A stretch of DNA of 64,000 nt, from positions 115,413,023 through 115,477,022 of the forward strand of contig NC_068983.1 of the NCBI RefSeq assembly GCF_001194135.2. The letters are read 5' to 3'. A program made the translations under genes and the position numbers. A model generated the notes under the pieces. That model was given only the letters and a program-made list of their open reading frames with translations, did no database searches and was not told the origin of the DNA. Below, piece after piece: positions 14,104 to 26,224 of this stretch. Each line of letters starts with the position of its first letter. The stretch's first letter is position 1. This DNA is from Octopus bimaculoides. Its lineage: Eukaryota.

Positions 14104-14560
14104 GGTGTTTTATATATTAAGTTGATTCTCATCATATTATGTAATTTAATTTAATGTTCATTTAGAGAAATAATTAACGACATTAGGACATTTACTAAGC
14201 TGATGTTTTAGCTTCCATTGTTAGAGTGTACATACTACATATAAACCAGTAACTTGCATTAAGCTCCCTCCTCGAAATTTACACCACAGAATAACGAATG
14301 TTTCATTTTTTCAGAACGATATACATACATGTATGTGTGTGTTTGTGTATGTCCATTGGAATTTATGTTTCCTGTCTCAATATATCGGATTTACATTTTA
14401 TTAACAACTTTAAACTAGTATCAGTAGTTTGGTGAATGTTCTATGTTTTTTTCTTTACTTTCGATCAATAAAGCAGTTTTAGGCAGGCATAAACCGGAAA
14501 CTTCCATTTGTTTGTCACGTGTTAACAGCACAATATTATTTTTTATTTCTTTGCAAATAG

Positions 14561-14568
14561 ACGATTTT
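14561..14568 (+). CDS. Candidate 8-nt micro-exon
   Basis: ttttttatttctttgcaaatag|ACGATTTT|gtaagt; phase 0->2 bridges 12657-12687 and 14983-15022. Confidence 0.4.
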
Positions 14569-14982
14569 GTAAGTTTCATACTTACATGGCTAATAATCTC
14601 ACCATTTAGCATCTCAGATAACAATTTTAAGATACTATTTAAAAACCATGTGATGTCTATAGAATTAGGCAACCATAGTTGCTGAAGTAGTGAATTTTAT
14701 CTAGTTAAAAATATAGGAACATGCTATATACAATTACTTTATACATTTGAACTAAATTCTTATAAATATCTATCTTGAATTATTGGCAACTTCCTAATTC
14801 AAAGTATATAAAATTATACATATATATTTTTAAGATGAGACATATCAACCGCTGAAAAGCATATCCGACAACCACATACTTGAAAAACAAACTCTTGATA
14901 AAAGTAGCGCTATTTAAGTAGTTCTGTTATATATGCTTAAAGGTCAGTTTTTAAAAACAGACTATCTTTTTTTTTTCTTTAG

Positions 14983-15022
14983 GAAAGTTAATAATCAATA
15001 TCTTGATGTCGCGGAGAGTACG
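14983..15022 (+). CDS. Candidate 40-nt exon (KVNNQYLDVAEST)
   Basis: ctttttttttttctttag|GAAAG..GTACG|gtaaga. Confidence 0.5.
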
Positions 15023-15093
15023 GTAAGAGTTGTTAAAAAACGCAATTTATTCATATAGCCTCTGTAACTGGTTATAAAATTTCGCAAAATAAA

Positions 15094-15199
15094 TACTATA
15101 TATATCAAGAACGAATCAATGACAGTACTATATATATCAAGAACGAATCAATGACAGTACTATATATATCAAGAACGAATCAATGACAGTACTATATAT
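15094..15199. repeat. 32-bp perfect tandem repeat x3.3
   Basis: Unit tactatatatatcaagaacgaatcaatgacag at 15094, 15126 and 15158, with a partial unit at 15190. Confidence 0.97.
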
Positions 15200-15381
15200 G
15201 TCAGCGTATGCTTGTCTGTGTTACGGGACTCAATTCTGCATGTATGTGTGTTTTGATTAAGTATTTTCGGTATTGAATTTAAAATGAGAAGTAAGGATGG
15301 TGTGTATAATTGCAAATATTTATATCTTTATACACATGAAGGAAAAAATTGCTATTAATTATTTAGACTTATTTAGAAACT

Positions 15382-15545
15382 GGGCATGACTTTGCGGTTA
15401 CGAAGTTCACTCTGCAACCACAACATTCTGGGTTCAATACAGCTGCGAGTATCTTTGGCAAATGTCTTCTAGAACAGTTGCGAATTAACCAATGCCTTAT
15501 GAGGGAAATTTTGCCAACGAAACATGAGCAGAAACCTTTCGTACA
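15382..15545 (+). mobile_element. SINE family A head, highly degenerate
   Basis: caaccacaacattctgggttcaa..ctttggcaaatgtcttct.. Confidence 0.6.
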
Positions 15546-15552
15546 CACACAT

Positions 15553-15618
<66 letters not shown>

Positions 15619-15619
<1 letters not shown>

Positions 15620-16023
15620 CGCAGATGTGGCTCATATGCGCAGATGTGGCTCATATGCGCAGGTGTGGATCATAGGCGCAGGCGTGGCTGAGTGGTAAAA
15701 AGTTTGTTTCTCAACCACATGGTTCTAGGTTCAGTCGCACTGTGTAGCATCTTGGGCATGTGTCTTCTACAATTGGCTCAGGTTGACCAAAGTCTTGTGA
15801 GTGGATTTGATAGACACAAACTAAAAGAAACACGCCGAAAATACATACGTATATATAAATCTATGTGTGAGTATCGCCCACCACTGGTATTTGTTTATGC
15901 CCTCATACTGTAGCGGCTCGGCCTAAGAGACCGATAAAATTAATACGAGGCTTATTCTATCGGGGGCGATTCTTTCGCTGCCCAAACATGGTTGCAGTCC
16001 AATGACTGAAACAAGTAAAAGAT
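15619..16023 (+). mobile_element. SINE family A preceded by three extra 19-bp copies of its 5' end
   Basis: gcgcagatgtggctcatat-type units at 15619, 15638 and 15657, then the true head at 15676. Confidence 0.85.
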
Positions 16024-16800
16024 AACGTTAAAAGACATATTCACACACACATACATAAACCTATTAGCAACGGCTGCAGATTTTGTAACGAATATTAATT
16101 TACATATGCAACTTAACTTGGTTGTGTTGTTTTAAACTTCATAAGCTACAGCAGCAGTTCTGTGAAAATATCTCGTATAGACGTGAAATATCACAGATGA
16201 TATCGACAACCGGAATCTCGTCACCACTGCACTCCGTGCAGAATATCTGGCTGACAGAATGGCAAGTGAGGAACATAGGAATCTGTGTAGGTTAACCCCA
16301 CAGGACGTTTCACACAGACTGTAAATCTGACGAAATACACCAACCAATTGTTTGGAACGTTTATCACAGAGTATGATAGCAATCAGGCTAGAAAATAAAA
16401 TTATGCAATAATACTGATTTCATTTTGTAAGTCTGGGAGATATATATATATATATATATATTGATAGATGTTGTGTACAAACAGTAGTTATTAGAAAATC
16501 TAAGATATGTTTAATGTAGTCAGCCTCCAGTTTCTAATAGCTATACTGTGGAAGGCGAATAAATACAAACACACCTTCACTCAGCTGTTACCATACAGGA
16601 AAATAATGGTGATTATCGTGTCATGTTTAATGGAAATTCTACAAGGGATAAGTGCTTTGCTTTTCTGCCTCCGAAGAAAACTTCAGATCAACCGTAATGT
16701 AAATCAAGCATAAATCAGAACCTAGTTATAAAGTATTGATTAAATTTACCATAAAAATGTATGTGCGTATAATTGTGAAAATTATATTGGCTTTACATAC

Positions 16801-17998
16801 TATCAGGTCATCCTGTCCGATTTTACCTTTTTTAAAATTGAATGAAATTTAATAGTATTTTAGAATGTCTAATGGAATTTATTTTTATGCATTCGTGTAC
16901 ATATAAACTAATTGAACATTATTTTACAGAATATTAGAATTAAAATTTCTTTGATTAAAACCCTTTCTAACATGGAAGTATCCAAAGAGCATTTAAGGCG
17001 CATAATGCTTTAGGAGTACAAAAAAGGAAACTTTGCAGCCGAAGCGACTCGAAACATACACTCAGTTTATGGGAAAGAATGCTTGAATGAAAGAACTTGN
17101 NNNNNNNNNNNNNNNNNNNNNNNNNNNNNNNNNNNNNNNNNNNNNNNNNNNNNNNNNNNNNNNNNNNNNNNNNNNNNNNNNNNNNNNNNNNNNNNNNNNN
17201 NNNNNNNNNNNNNNNNNNNNNNNNNNNNNNNNNNNNNNNNNNNNNNNNNNNNNNNNNNNNNNNNNNNNNNNNNNNNNNNNNNNNNNNNNNNNNNNNNNNN
17301 NNNNNNNNNNNNNNNNNNNNNNNNNNNNNNNNNNNNNNNNNNNNNNNNNNNNNNNNNNNNNNNNTGGTGACGAAAAATGGATCTTCTATCGAAATGCTAA
17401 ACGTCGTAAACAGTGGCTTGGTAAAAGGGTAAAACCTCAACCGCAACCGAGAAGGGAACTTCATGTGGCAAAGGTTCTTCTCTCTATCTGGTGAGATTGC
17501 AAAGGAGTAATTCACTTTGAATTGTTACCACCCAATGCAACAATCAATGCTCAAGTCTACTGTCAGCAATTAGAGCGTTTGAACTAAGCTTTGAAGAAAA
17601 AAGTCCCGCTTTAATGAATCGAAAAGGAGTGATGTTTCATCAGGACAATGCGCAACCTCACACAGCAAAGATCACATCACAGAAGATCGAAGAGCTTGGT
17701 TGGGAAAAAATTCCTTGTCCACCTTATTCACCCGACCATTTGTTTCGTAGTTTACAGAATCATTTGGGGGACATAACTTTCGCAAGCCAGGAGGAGGTCG
17801 AAACTGACATTTCAGAGTTCTTTGCTTTGAAACCAAAAGTGTTTTACATTGATGAGATTAAAAAGTTGCAAATAGATGGAAGGAAGTCATACATAATCAG
17901 GGAAAGTACATTGATGATTAAATTTCAATTAAATATAACATTTGATCATTTGTTTCCTTTATTCAAAATTCGGACAGAACTTATGGGATGACCTGATA
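16801..17998 (+). mobile_element. Decayed mariner (DD34D), spans an N gap
   Basis: TIRs tatcaggtcatcc-(8-bp deletion)-tgtccga / tcggacagaacttatgggatgacctgata. Peptides MEVSKEHLRRIML, TGDEKWIFY, FHQDNAQPH and PYSP-DHLF (DLAPS deleted). Confidence 0.93.
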
Positions 17999-18381
17999 TA
18001 AAAGGATGAAAAAAAAACCATCAATGCTATATCATTCTGAAGATGAGACTACGAAGAATAGGAACGTTGATTTGGGAAATTTATTGTTTAAAACAAACTG
18101 CAATGAACGCATATGTTTCCAAGTTGTATAACCAATTATAGAGGTTATATGGATATAGAGCATTCTGAAATTGTCCTTACCACACTTTCCTCTTATCAAG
18201 ATATTGATTACCAGCTATACTAAATCCAAATACATTCTGTTTTCCAAATCTTACCTCAAAGCTTATATTCAGGTGAAAAGTGAAATATCTAAATGCTGTT
18301 ATTTTTATTCACAGTTAATTTCTTCTATTTTCAATTATGTGATTGTCAGATAAGCCTTCCAGGGGCTACATGTATAATATT

Positions 18382-18382
18382 T

Positions 18383-18414
<32 letters not shown>

Positions 18415-18520
18415 CGTACATACGTATACATTTATATATATAGTACATATATATGCGAGTGTAATTTATATACATGCACATGTATATGTATGTATATATA
18501 TATATACATACATATACATA

Positions 18521-18581
<61 letters not shown>

Positions 18582-18640
18582 GCATACACACACACACACA
18601 TATAATTATACATACATACATACATACATACCACACACAC
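18382..18640. repeat. Compound TG/TA/CA/TACA microsatellite
   Basis: Directly visible. Confidence 0.95.
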
Positions 18641-19609
18641 ATCCAAAATATATTAGTGCTTTACACCAATCTCATGCTAAACCAGTTCTCTGGTCGTTGT
18701 TTTTTGGGGTTTTTTTTATTCAGGTGATAACTTGTTATCGAAGTGGGATACTTTTAAGAATTTGGAAATTATCAATTGAACGTATAAAGAAAATGTATAA
18801 TTAACTCCATTACCTTTCTTTTTTTTTCTCGTAATACATTTTTGCCTTGGCATGTATAGTTAGTATTGCAAATGTGAGTCTATAGTAATCACATGACTTA
18901 CATATTATCTTGAAATCATTCTCCTCACAGAAATACAGGGTGAAGTGTATTTTCATTGATAGAATAGAACCTCAAGTGTAGCTCCTTTACAGCGAAAAAG
19001 AAAATTATATTTTGTTCAATAGGCATATGACAAACATATGAAAATTTGAACTATTCGGTATAGCAATATGATTTTATGTAATTTATTGTTGTAATTTTAC
19101 TGTCGTACACACACACAGATACATTCATTTATTACCTTTCTATTACTTTCTCTTCCAACTCTTTCACTTAATAACTATCTCAGTCTATTTCTCTATTCAC
19201 ACAGCTTTCTTTTAATGCTCGCATGCGTTTATCTTTCTAGTTTTGTATCTTTCTACTTTCCCTCCTTCTTCGTATCTCTTTAATCTATCGTTGTATTTTT
19301 CGACTTCCTCCCTACTTGGTATCTGTTTATCTCTAATTTTCTAACAATTCCTTTTTTCGTTTCCACTATCCCTACTTTTATTTTATCTCTATATGAAACT
19401 TCCAAGAGTTGAATTTAAAAAACTGACAAATCAAGGCCTTGAAAGAATGAGATCGGTCACTGTAAAAATGAATAGCCAATTCCTAGTTTGTCTACCTTTA
19501 AAAAATCAGTTTGTAATCTTTATGCGTATATTTTTCTAAGTCCAAAAGGTCCGCCATTAGTTTTAATTGCGTTACTTCACACAGCACGTCTTGTTGGCGC
19601 AGTGCCAAT

Positions 19610-19818
19610 GCGGCGAGCTGACAGAATCGTTAGTACGCCGGACGCAACACTTAGCGACTTTTGTCCGTCTTTACGTTCATGGTTCAAATGCCACCGCGGT
19701 TGATTTTGCCTTTCATTATTTCGTGAGCGACAAAAGAAATATCAGATGAGCACTGCAGTCTATGTAATAGTCTTACTCCTTCCCCGATTTTGCTGGCTTT
19801 GTTCCAAAATTTGAAACC
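19610..19818 (+). mobile_element. SINE family B copy
   Basis: ggcgagctgacagaatcgttagtacgccgg..gttcaaatgcc..gcctttcatt. Confidence 0.85.
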
Positions 19819-19882
19819 AATATCTCGCTGCGCAGTTTTCTTTCTTCAATCGAAATCCAGATTACCCTTGCTATTTCGGCTG

Positions 19883-19914
<32 letters not shown>

Positions 19915-21236
19915 TATANNNNNNNNNNNNNNNNNNNNNNNNNNNNNNNNNNNNNNNNNNNNNNNNNNNNNNNNNNNNNNNNNNNNNNNNNNNNNNNNNN
20001 NNNNNNNNNNNNNNNNNNNNNNNNNNNNNNNNNNNNNNNNNNNNNNNNNNNNNNNNNNNNNNNNNNNNNNNNNNNNNNNNNNNNNNNNNNNNNNNNNNNN
20101 NNNNNNNNNNNNNNNNNNNNNNNNNNNNNNNNNNNNNNNNNNNNNNNNNNNNNNNNNNNNNNNNNNNNNNNNNNNNNNNNNNNNNNNNNNNNNNNNNNNN
20201 NNNNNNNNNNNNNNNNNNNNNNNNNNNNNNNNNNNNNNNNNNNNNNNNNNNNNNNNNNNNNNNNNNNNNNNNNNNNNNNNNNNNNNNNNNNNNNNNNNNN
20301 NNNNNNNNNNNNNNNNNNNNNNNNNNNNNNNNNNNNNNNNNNNNNNNNNNNNNNNNNNNNNNNNNNNNNNNNNNNNNNNNNNNNNNNNNNNNNNNNNNNN
20401 NNNNNNNNNNNNNNNNNNNNNNNNNNNNNNNNNNNNNNNNNNNNNTATATATGTATATATATATACATATACATATATCTATATATACATATACCTATAC
20501 ATATATATCCAAGAAATTTAGGGGTTGTGAATCCAACCCACTAAGGGATAATCTCTATCCAATATACTGCCGAAAAATACCCATTTATTATTACACTAGT
20601 GCTTTTTCTTTGTATTACCAAGTGCAATAAATGGGTAAGGGTAAAAAGATATTTTACAACTAATTTATATAGCAATAAGAAAATGGAGAGGCATAGGTGG
20701 TATTCATCAACTTGCAGGCATTGTATTGTGTCAATTTACCCGTTTATTTGTTTACTAAAAGGACAATAATAACAATATACAAACACATGCGGCATAATGT
20801 CAGATCAGTAATTAAAAAAGGACATCTAGTGACAGAAAATGGGATAATGACTTACAGCTGTTTCAGTCTAGGGGTGACATGCCTCATTCTATCTATATAA
20901 CTCCAGTAGGCTGAAGTAATTAATAGATGAAATAAAGGTACATGGATGATTCTCTAGGCCCTTTCAGAGATTTATAAAGTTCATAAGGTTAATTTAAAAT
21001 ATCCAAATATAAAAATATAAAAACCGTAAAAACTCACATATATATATGCATACTTTAGAATATATATACATAAATAAACAATGTCTGCAAGTTGATGAAT
21101 ACCACCTATTCCCCTCCATTTTCTTATTGCTATATATGCATATATATATATTTACTGTATTTAATATATTTGATGTGTCTAGTTTGTTTATCCGTATGAT
21201 TGCCTTTATACTCGCTCAACTTGATACCTCTTATAG

Positions 21237-21280
21237 CCTTTCCTTATCTTGTGAAATCGAGCCCCTGTAAACACATTGGA
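21237..21280 (+). CDS. Candidate 44-nt exon (FPYLVKSSPCKHIG), weak
   Basis: cctcttatag|...ATTGGA|gtaagt; open in phase 1->0. Confidence 0.22.
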
Positions 21281-22119
21281 GTAAGTTTGAATCTTTTGAG
21301 CACTACTGTCATCTATAAGGAGAATCTCTAGTTCTCATCTGTGGATTATATATANNNNNNNNNNNNNNNNNNNNNNNNNNNNNNNNNNNNNNNNNNNNNN
21401 NNNNNNNNNNNNNNNNNNNNNNNNNNNNNNNNNNNNNNNNNNNNNNNNNNNNNNNNNNNNNNNNNNNNNNNNNNNNNNNNNNNNNNNNNNNNNNNNNNNN
21501 NNNNNNNNNNNNNNNNNNNNNNNNNNNNNNNNNNNNNNNNNNNNNNNNNNNNNNNNNNNNNNNNNNNNNNNNNNNNNNNNNNNNNNNNNNNNNNNNNNNN
21601 NNNNNNNNNNNNNNNNNNNNNNNNNNNNNNNNNNNNNNNNNNNNNNNNNNNNNNNNNNNNNNNNNNNNNNNNNNNNNNNNNNNNNNNNNNNNNNNNNNNN
21701 NNNNNNNNNNNNNNNNNNNNNNNNNNNNNNNNNNNNNNNNNNNNNNNNNNNNNNNNNNNNNNNNNNNNNNNNNNNNNNNNNNNNNNNNNNNNNNNNNNNN
21801 NNNNNNNNNNNNNNNNNNNNNNNNNNNNNNNNNNNNNNNNNNNNNNNNNNNNNNNNNNNNNNNNNNNNNNNNNNNNNNNNNNNNNNNNNNNNNNNNNNNN
21901 NNNNNNNNNNNNNNNNNNNNNNNNNNNNNNNNNNNNNNNNNNNNNNNNNNNNNNNNNNNNNNNNNNNNNNNNNNNNNNNNNNNNNNNNNNNNNNNNNNNN
22001 NNNNNNNNNNNNNNNNNNNNNNNNNNNNNNNNNNNNNNNNNNNNNNNNNNNNNNNNNNNNNNNNNNNNNNNNNNAATGCAAATATACACAAAATTTAAAG
22101 AAAATTCGTGTAAATGTTA

Positions 22120-22445
22120 CTGAATAGCATTTGGAAGTTCATTCACCTTTCATATATGTATGCTAAAATGGAGTAACATACAACAATTAACATCAGCACG
22201 AATAGTTTCTGCATATCGTAACTACTTACAAACTATTTACTAGCAAATACGAAAATAGTAACATAAATTATTTTTGTATTTAAGCAACCTCACATTGTAG
22301 AGAGCAGTATATTTACATCCGATATACAATGAATCGACAGAATACAAGTTAGTTGGGGTTATTTAAGATAAAGAGGACAAAAAATATGTTACAGAAATAA
22401 ATTGCTGATTGTAAAGCAAATAAAGGAACATGATAGTAGTAGGGA
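22120..22445. repeat. Source copy of a ~310-bp local direct duplication
   Basis: Near-identical to 23833-24143. Confidence 0.95.
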
Positions 22446-22640
22446 TATAGTAACAATTTATCTATCAAAAGTAGTATAAGAACGTTACGAAGAAATATGT
22501 TAATCATCATGGATCTAAACTGTACGAGAATTTCGAAAATATAGCCCGGTATAGAAATAATAGCAGATTAGAGAATATAACAAAAGTGATTGAACACACG
22601 AAATGACCATGAGTCATAAAAATATATTTTATAATACCGG

Positions 22641-22912
22641 GGAACTCCATCGGTTACGACGATGAGTGTTCCTGTTGATTCGATCAACGGAACAGACTAA
22701 TCGTAAAATTAACGTGCAAGTGGCTGAGCACTCCACAGACACACATGCCCTTATCGCAATTCTCAAAGAGATTCAGTGAGAATGTGACAAGGCTGGCTCA
22801 CTGAGCTACAGGTACAACTCATTTATGCCATCTGAGTGAAATAGAGCAATGGGAAATATAGAACTCATGATCGTGAGCCGAATACACTAACCACTAAGCC
22901 ACGTACCTTCAC
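22641..22912 (-). mobile_element. tRNA-headed SINE sharing the family C 3' tail but with a different 5' body
   Basis: Minus strand reads gtgaaggtacgtggcttagtggttag..., then gtctgtggagtgctcagccacttgcacgttaat..gtcgtaaccgatggag. Confidence 0.82.
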
Positions 22913-23007
22913 ATTTTATAATGCACGATAAAAGTAACAGAAATCATAGCAGTCTGAAGTGTCCAATTAAATAATAATATTTATGTGACATGATCCTTAT
23001 TTTCTAG

Positions 23008-23048
23008 GATGTGAAAAAGCTCATATTAACATAAATGTTTATGAAAAA
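23008..23048 (+). CDS. Candidate 41-nt exon (GCEKAHININVYEK), weak
   Basis: ccttattttctag|GATGT..GAAAAA|gtgaag; weak donor. Confidence 0.2.
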
Positions 23049-23626
23049 GTGAAGTAAAAGCGAAGCGAAATTTGAGGCAATACTCCAAAGAACAACTATT
23101 ACGAACATAAGATATTTTGTGTTTTATTAAAATGTGTATTTCAATGTGTGTGTGAGTGAGTGAGTGAGAGTGAGAGAGAGAAAGANNNNNNNNNNNNNNN
23201 NNNNNNNNNNNNNNNNNNNNNNNNNNNNNNNNNNNNNNNNNNNNNNNNNNNNNNNNNNNNNNNNNNNNNNNNNNNNNNNNNNNNNNNNNNNNNNNNNNNN
23301 NNNNNNNNNNNNNNNNNNNNNNNNNNNNNNNNNNNNNNNNNNNNNNNNNNNNNNNNNNNNNNNNNNNNNNNNNNNNNNNNNNNNNNNNNNNNNNNNNNNN
23401 NNNNNTCCTTCTTTCCAAGATGAAAGACGCTGTAAAAGTGGACCTCTCGGAGGGTTACGATAAGGAGAAGAGATAGATTTTAATGGAAAAAGATAAGTAT
23501 AGAAAGTTAAAAGAGGCTTTCCCATCAGATATAAACCCACTGGGGCCCGAGGTGAATTTCGAACCCAGCGCTCCAGTGGTGAACTATGAGAAAATTAAGA
23601 ATTATATAAAATGGTAAAAAAAAAAA

Positions 23627-24218
23627 TCGTCGCCCTTTCAAAGCCTAGCCAGGCTCATGGGCCCGGTTTCTATGGCGTATGTGTTCCCCCCAGCTGGACG
23701 GGATGCCAATCCATCGCAGCGTTACTCAAGAAACAGTGAGAGAAAGTTGGGGCAATAGAGTACAACAGGGGTCGCCACCATCCCCTGCCGGAGCCTCGAG
23801 GAGCTTTGTTGATTTTGTTCAATAAACACTCACTGAATAGCATTTGGAAGTTCATTCACCTTTCATATATGTATGCTAAAATGGAGTAACATACAACAAT
23901 TAACATCAGCACGAATAGTTTCTGCATATCGTAACTACTAGCAAATACGAAAATAGTAACATAAATTATTTTTGTATTTAAGCAACCTCACATTGTAGAG
24001 AGCAGTATATTTACATCCGATATACAATGAATCGACAGAATACAAGTTAGTTGGGGTTATTTAAGATAAAGAGGACAAAAAATATGTTACAGAAATAAAT
24101 TGCTGATTGTAAAGCAAATAAAGGAACATGATAGTAGTAGGGAATCGTCTGGGAATCGAAACCGCGGTCTTCCGACCACAAGTCCGCTGCCCTAACCACT
24201 GGGCCATTGCTCCCCCAC
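23627..24218 (-). mobile_element. SINE family C variant split by a duplicated local segment
   Basis: Head at 24144-24218 and body at 23627-23832; 23833-24143 is a copy of 22120-22445. Confidence 0.85.
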
Positions 24219-24688
24219 TATAAAATGGTAAGTAGAGTTTTATTTTGAAAAGAACTGTTGAGAAAATTTTGAAAAGAACTTTTAATGCTGAAATAATTTT
24301 GAAAAGACTGGAGATAATTTTGAAAAGAACTGTTGAAACAATTAAAATAACGTAACCGCCCCGGAGCGGGGCTGGAGTGACCGTTCCATCTTCATTGTAT
24401 AATTTCACTATTCCATTCTTTCATGTGTTGATTGTCCCTGCATGTGTGTATTGTCCCATCTATATTTAGCCCCTTGTGGGTAAGAAAGAAATATTCCACT
24501 AATCTCGAAAGCCATGTGAACGATAATGAGTACAACCCGCCCTCCGGACTAAAACATTTTTAAAATTTTCCGGTTTTCCTGGGGATACAGCAGTCTATCT
24601 ATAAAAGTGATTCACGCTCAAAAGAAAATGCTCTTATTAGTTTAAAGTAGGCAATTATTTAATTCCCTAACTGTCTACTTCTATATCT

Positions 24689-25058
24689 GTGTAGGCGCAA
24701 TAGCCCAGTGGTTAGGGCAGCGAACTCGCGGTCGTAGGCGCGTGGTTTCGATTCCCAGATCAAGCGTTGTGAGTGTTTATTAGACGAAAACACCTAAAAC
24801 TCTACGAGGTTCCGGCAGCGGATGGTGGTGTATCCTGCTGTACTCTTTCACCACAACTTTCTCTCATATTTTCTTCCTGTTTCTGTTGTACCTGTATTTC
24901 GAAGGGCCAACCTTCTCACGCTGAATCTCCCCTAGAAGTACGTTAAGGGGTACATGTGTCTGTGGAGTGCTCAGCCACTTACACGTTAATTTCACGAGCA
25001 GGCCGTTCCGTTGATCTGATCAACTGTAACCCTCGTCGTCGTAACCGATGGAGTGCCA
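24689..25058 (+). mobile_element. SINE family C, full length, with TSD
   Basis: tRNA-like head gcgcaatagcccagtggttagggcagcg..gtttcgattccc; acttctatatc repeated on both flanks. Confidence 0.93.
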
Positions 25059-25214
25059 CGAGGACTTCTATATCCGCTGTATATTTTAACTAAATGTATG
25101 TCAGTTGATATTTAAAGAATATCTTTTTATTTTGAAGTGAGCAGATTTATAAATAATTTTTTAAAATAATGTACTTGTTTTGTCTATCACTATGCAAAAA
25201 AACAAAACAAAAAT

Positions 25215-25600
25215 GTGGAGGCGCAATGGCCCAGTGGTTAGGGGAGCGGACTCGCGGTCATAGGATCGCGGTTTCGATTCCCAGACCGGGCGCTGTGAGT
25301 GTTTATTGAGCGAAAACACCTAAAGCTCCACGAGGCTCCGGCAGGGAATGGTGGCGAACCCTGCTGTACTCATCCACCATAACTTTCTCTCTGTCTTACT
25401 TCCTGTTTCTGTTGTGCCTGTAATTCAAAGGGTCAGCCTTGTCACACTGTGTCACGCTGAATATCCCCGAGAACTACGTTAAGGGTACACGTGTCTGTGG
25501 AGTGCTCAGCCACTTGCACGTTAATTTCACGAGCAGGCTGTTCCGTTGATCGGATCAACTGGAACCCTCGACGTCATAAGCGAGGGAGTGCCAACAACAA
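25215..25600 (+). mobile_element. SINE family C, full length
   Basis: gtggaggcgcaatggcccagtggttagg...; tail ggagtgccaacaacaa. Confidence 0.95.
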
Positions 25601-25807
25601 TGCAAAAATACTTATGTTATTCCAAAAATATCTGTATGGATCAAAAGGTCCTGTCTTTTATCAGATTTTTAAGTTTAAGGTCGGAAAATCAGCATAAAGA
25701 ATAGTTGAATAAAATTTTATTTAAGTGGTAAAAAACTTCGGAAACATATGTGGTTATTGATATGAACGTATCATTTTCAAATAAAATCTATTCAAGAATT
25801 TTCCTAG

Positions 25808-25876
25808 AAAATTATCGGAACAAAATACTTTTGAAGAAAATATGTACAGGGCAATATTCTTTCACGAGGATGCTAA
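25808..25876 (+). CDS. Candidate 69-nt exon (KLSEQNTFEENMYRAIFFHEDA)
   Basis: attttcctag|AAAAT..GCTAA|gtatgt; its phase-2 end joins 26910 in frame. Confidence 0.4.
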
Positions 25877-26224
25877 GTATGTTTTTATCTGTATAAACTA
25901 TTATAATTACAAAATACCGAAACTCTAATAAGAGCTAATAGAGAATTAGTTAATAAAGGAACTATTGGGATATATTTGTGAGCAATTAGTATTTTAATAT
26001 TTTATTAGACATTAATACTCGGATGAAACAAAATACTATTTTTAAGCAACCATAGATTAATTTACCTATTTCAATTTCATGCTCAGTTTTATCATTATTT
26101 ACTGTATTGTTATTACATTAAAGAATTAACTGACACTTAAAGAAATTATGTGTAAGGATCGCCTGCGTCAATTTAATGAATAACATAGAGCCAAGAAGAA
26201 AGCTTATATGCAGTCGTTTGACCT

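Noticed and set aside
14311-14326. 16-nt ttttttcag|..|gtatgt micro-exon candidate
   Set aside because: Including it breaks the frame of the 12657/14561/14983 chain, and the donor lies at the start of a TG microsatellite.
14586-14681. 96-nt minus-strand AG..GTAAGT segment with an open frame (QLWLPNSIDITWF..)
   Set aside because: Isolated, with no phase-linked minus-strand partners found, and opposite to the better-supported plus-strand chain.
15094-15199. CRISPR-like 32-bp repeats
   Set aside because: Units are contiguous with no spacers, there are no cas genes, and the context is eukaryotic.
18343-18804. ORFs of CV, HT, YI or RE dipeptide repeats (also 10.6, 15.4, 30.3-30.9, 35.8 and 45.3 kb)
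   Set aside because: Microsatellite read-through.
17100-23405. Long ORF-track calls containing X runs (also at 44, 50, 59.5 and 61.5-62 kb)
   Set aside because: Artefacts of translating N gaps.
24689-24770. tRNA-like sequences (also 25215, 38049, 47992 and the family A heads)
   Set aside because: They lack complete cloverleafs and continue into SINE bodies, so they are SINE heads rather than tRNA genes.
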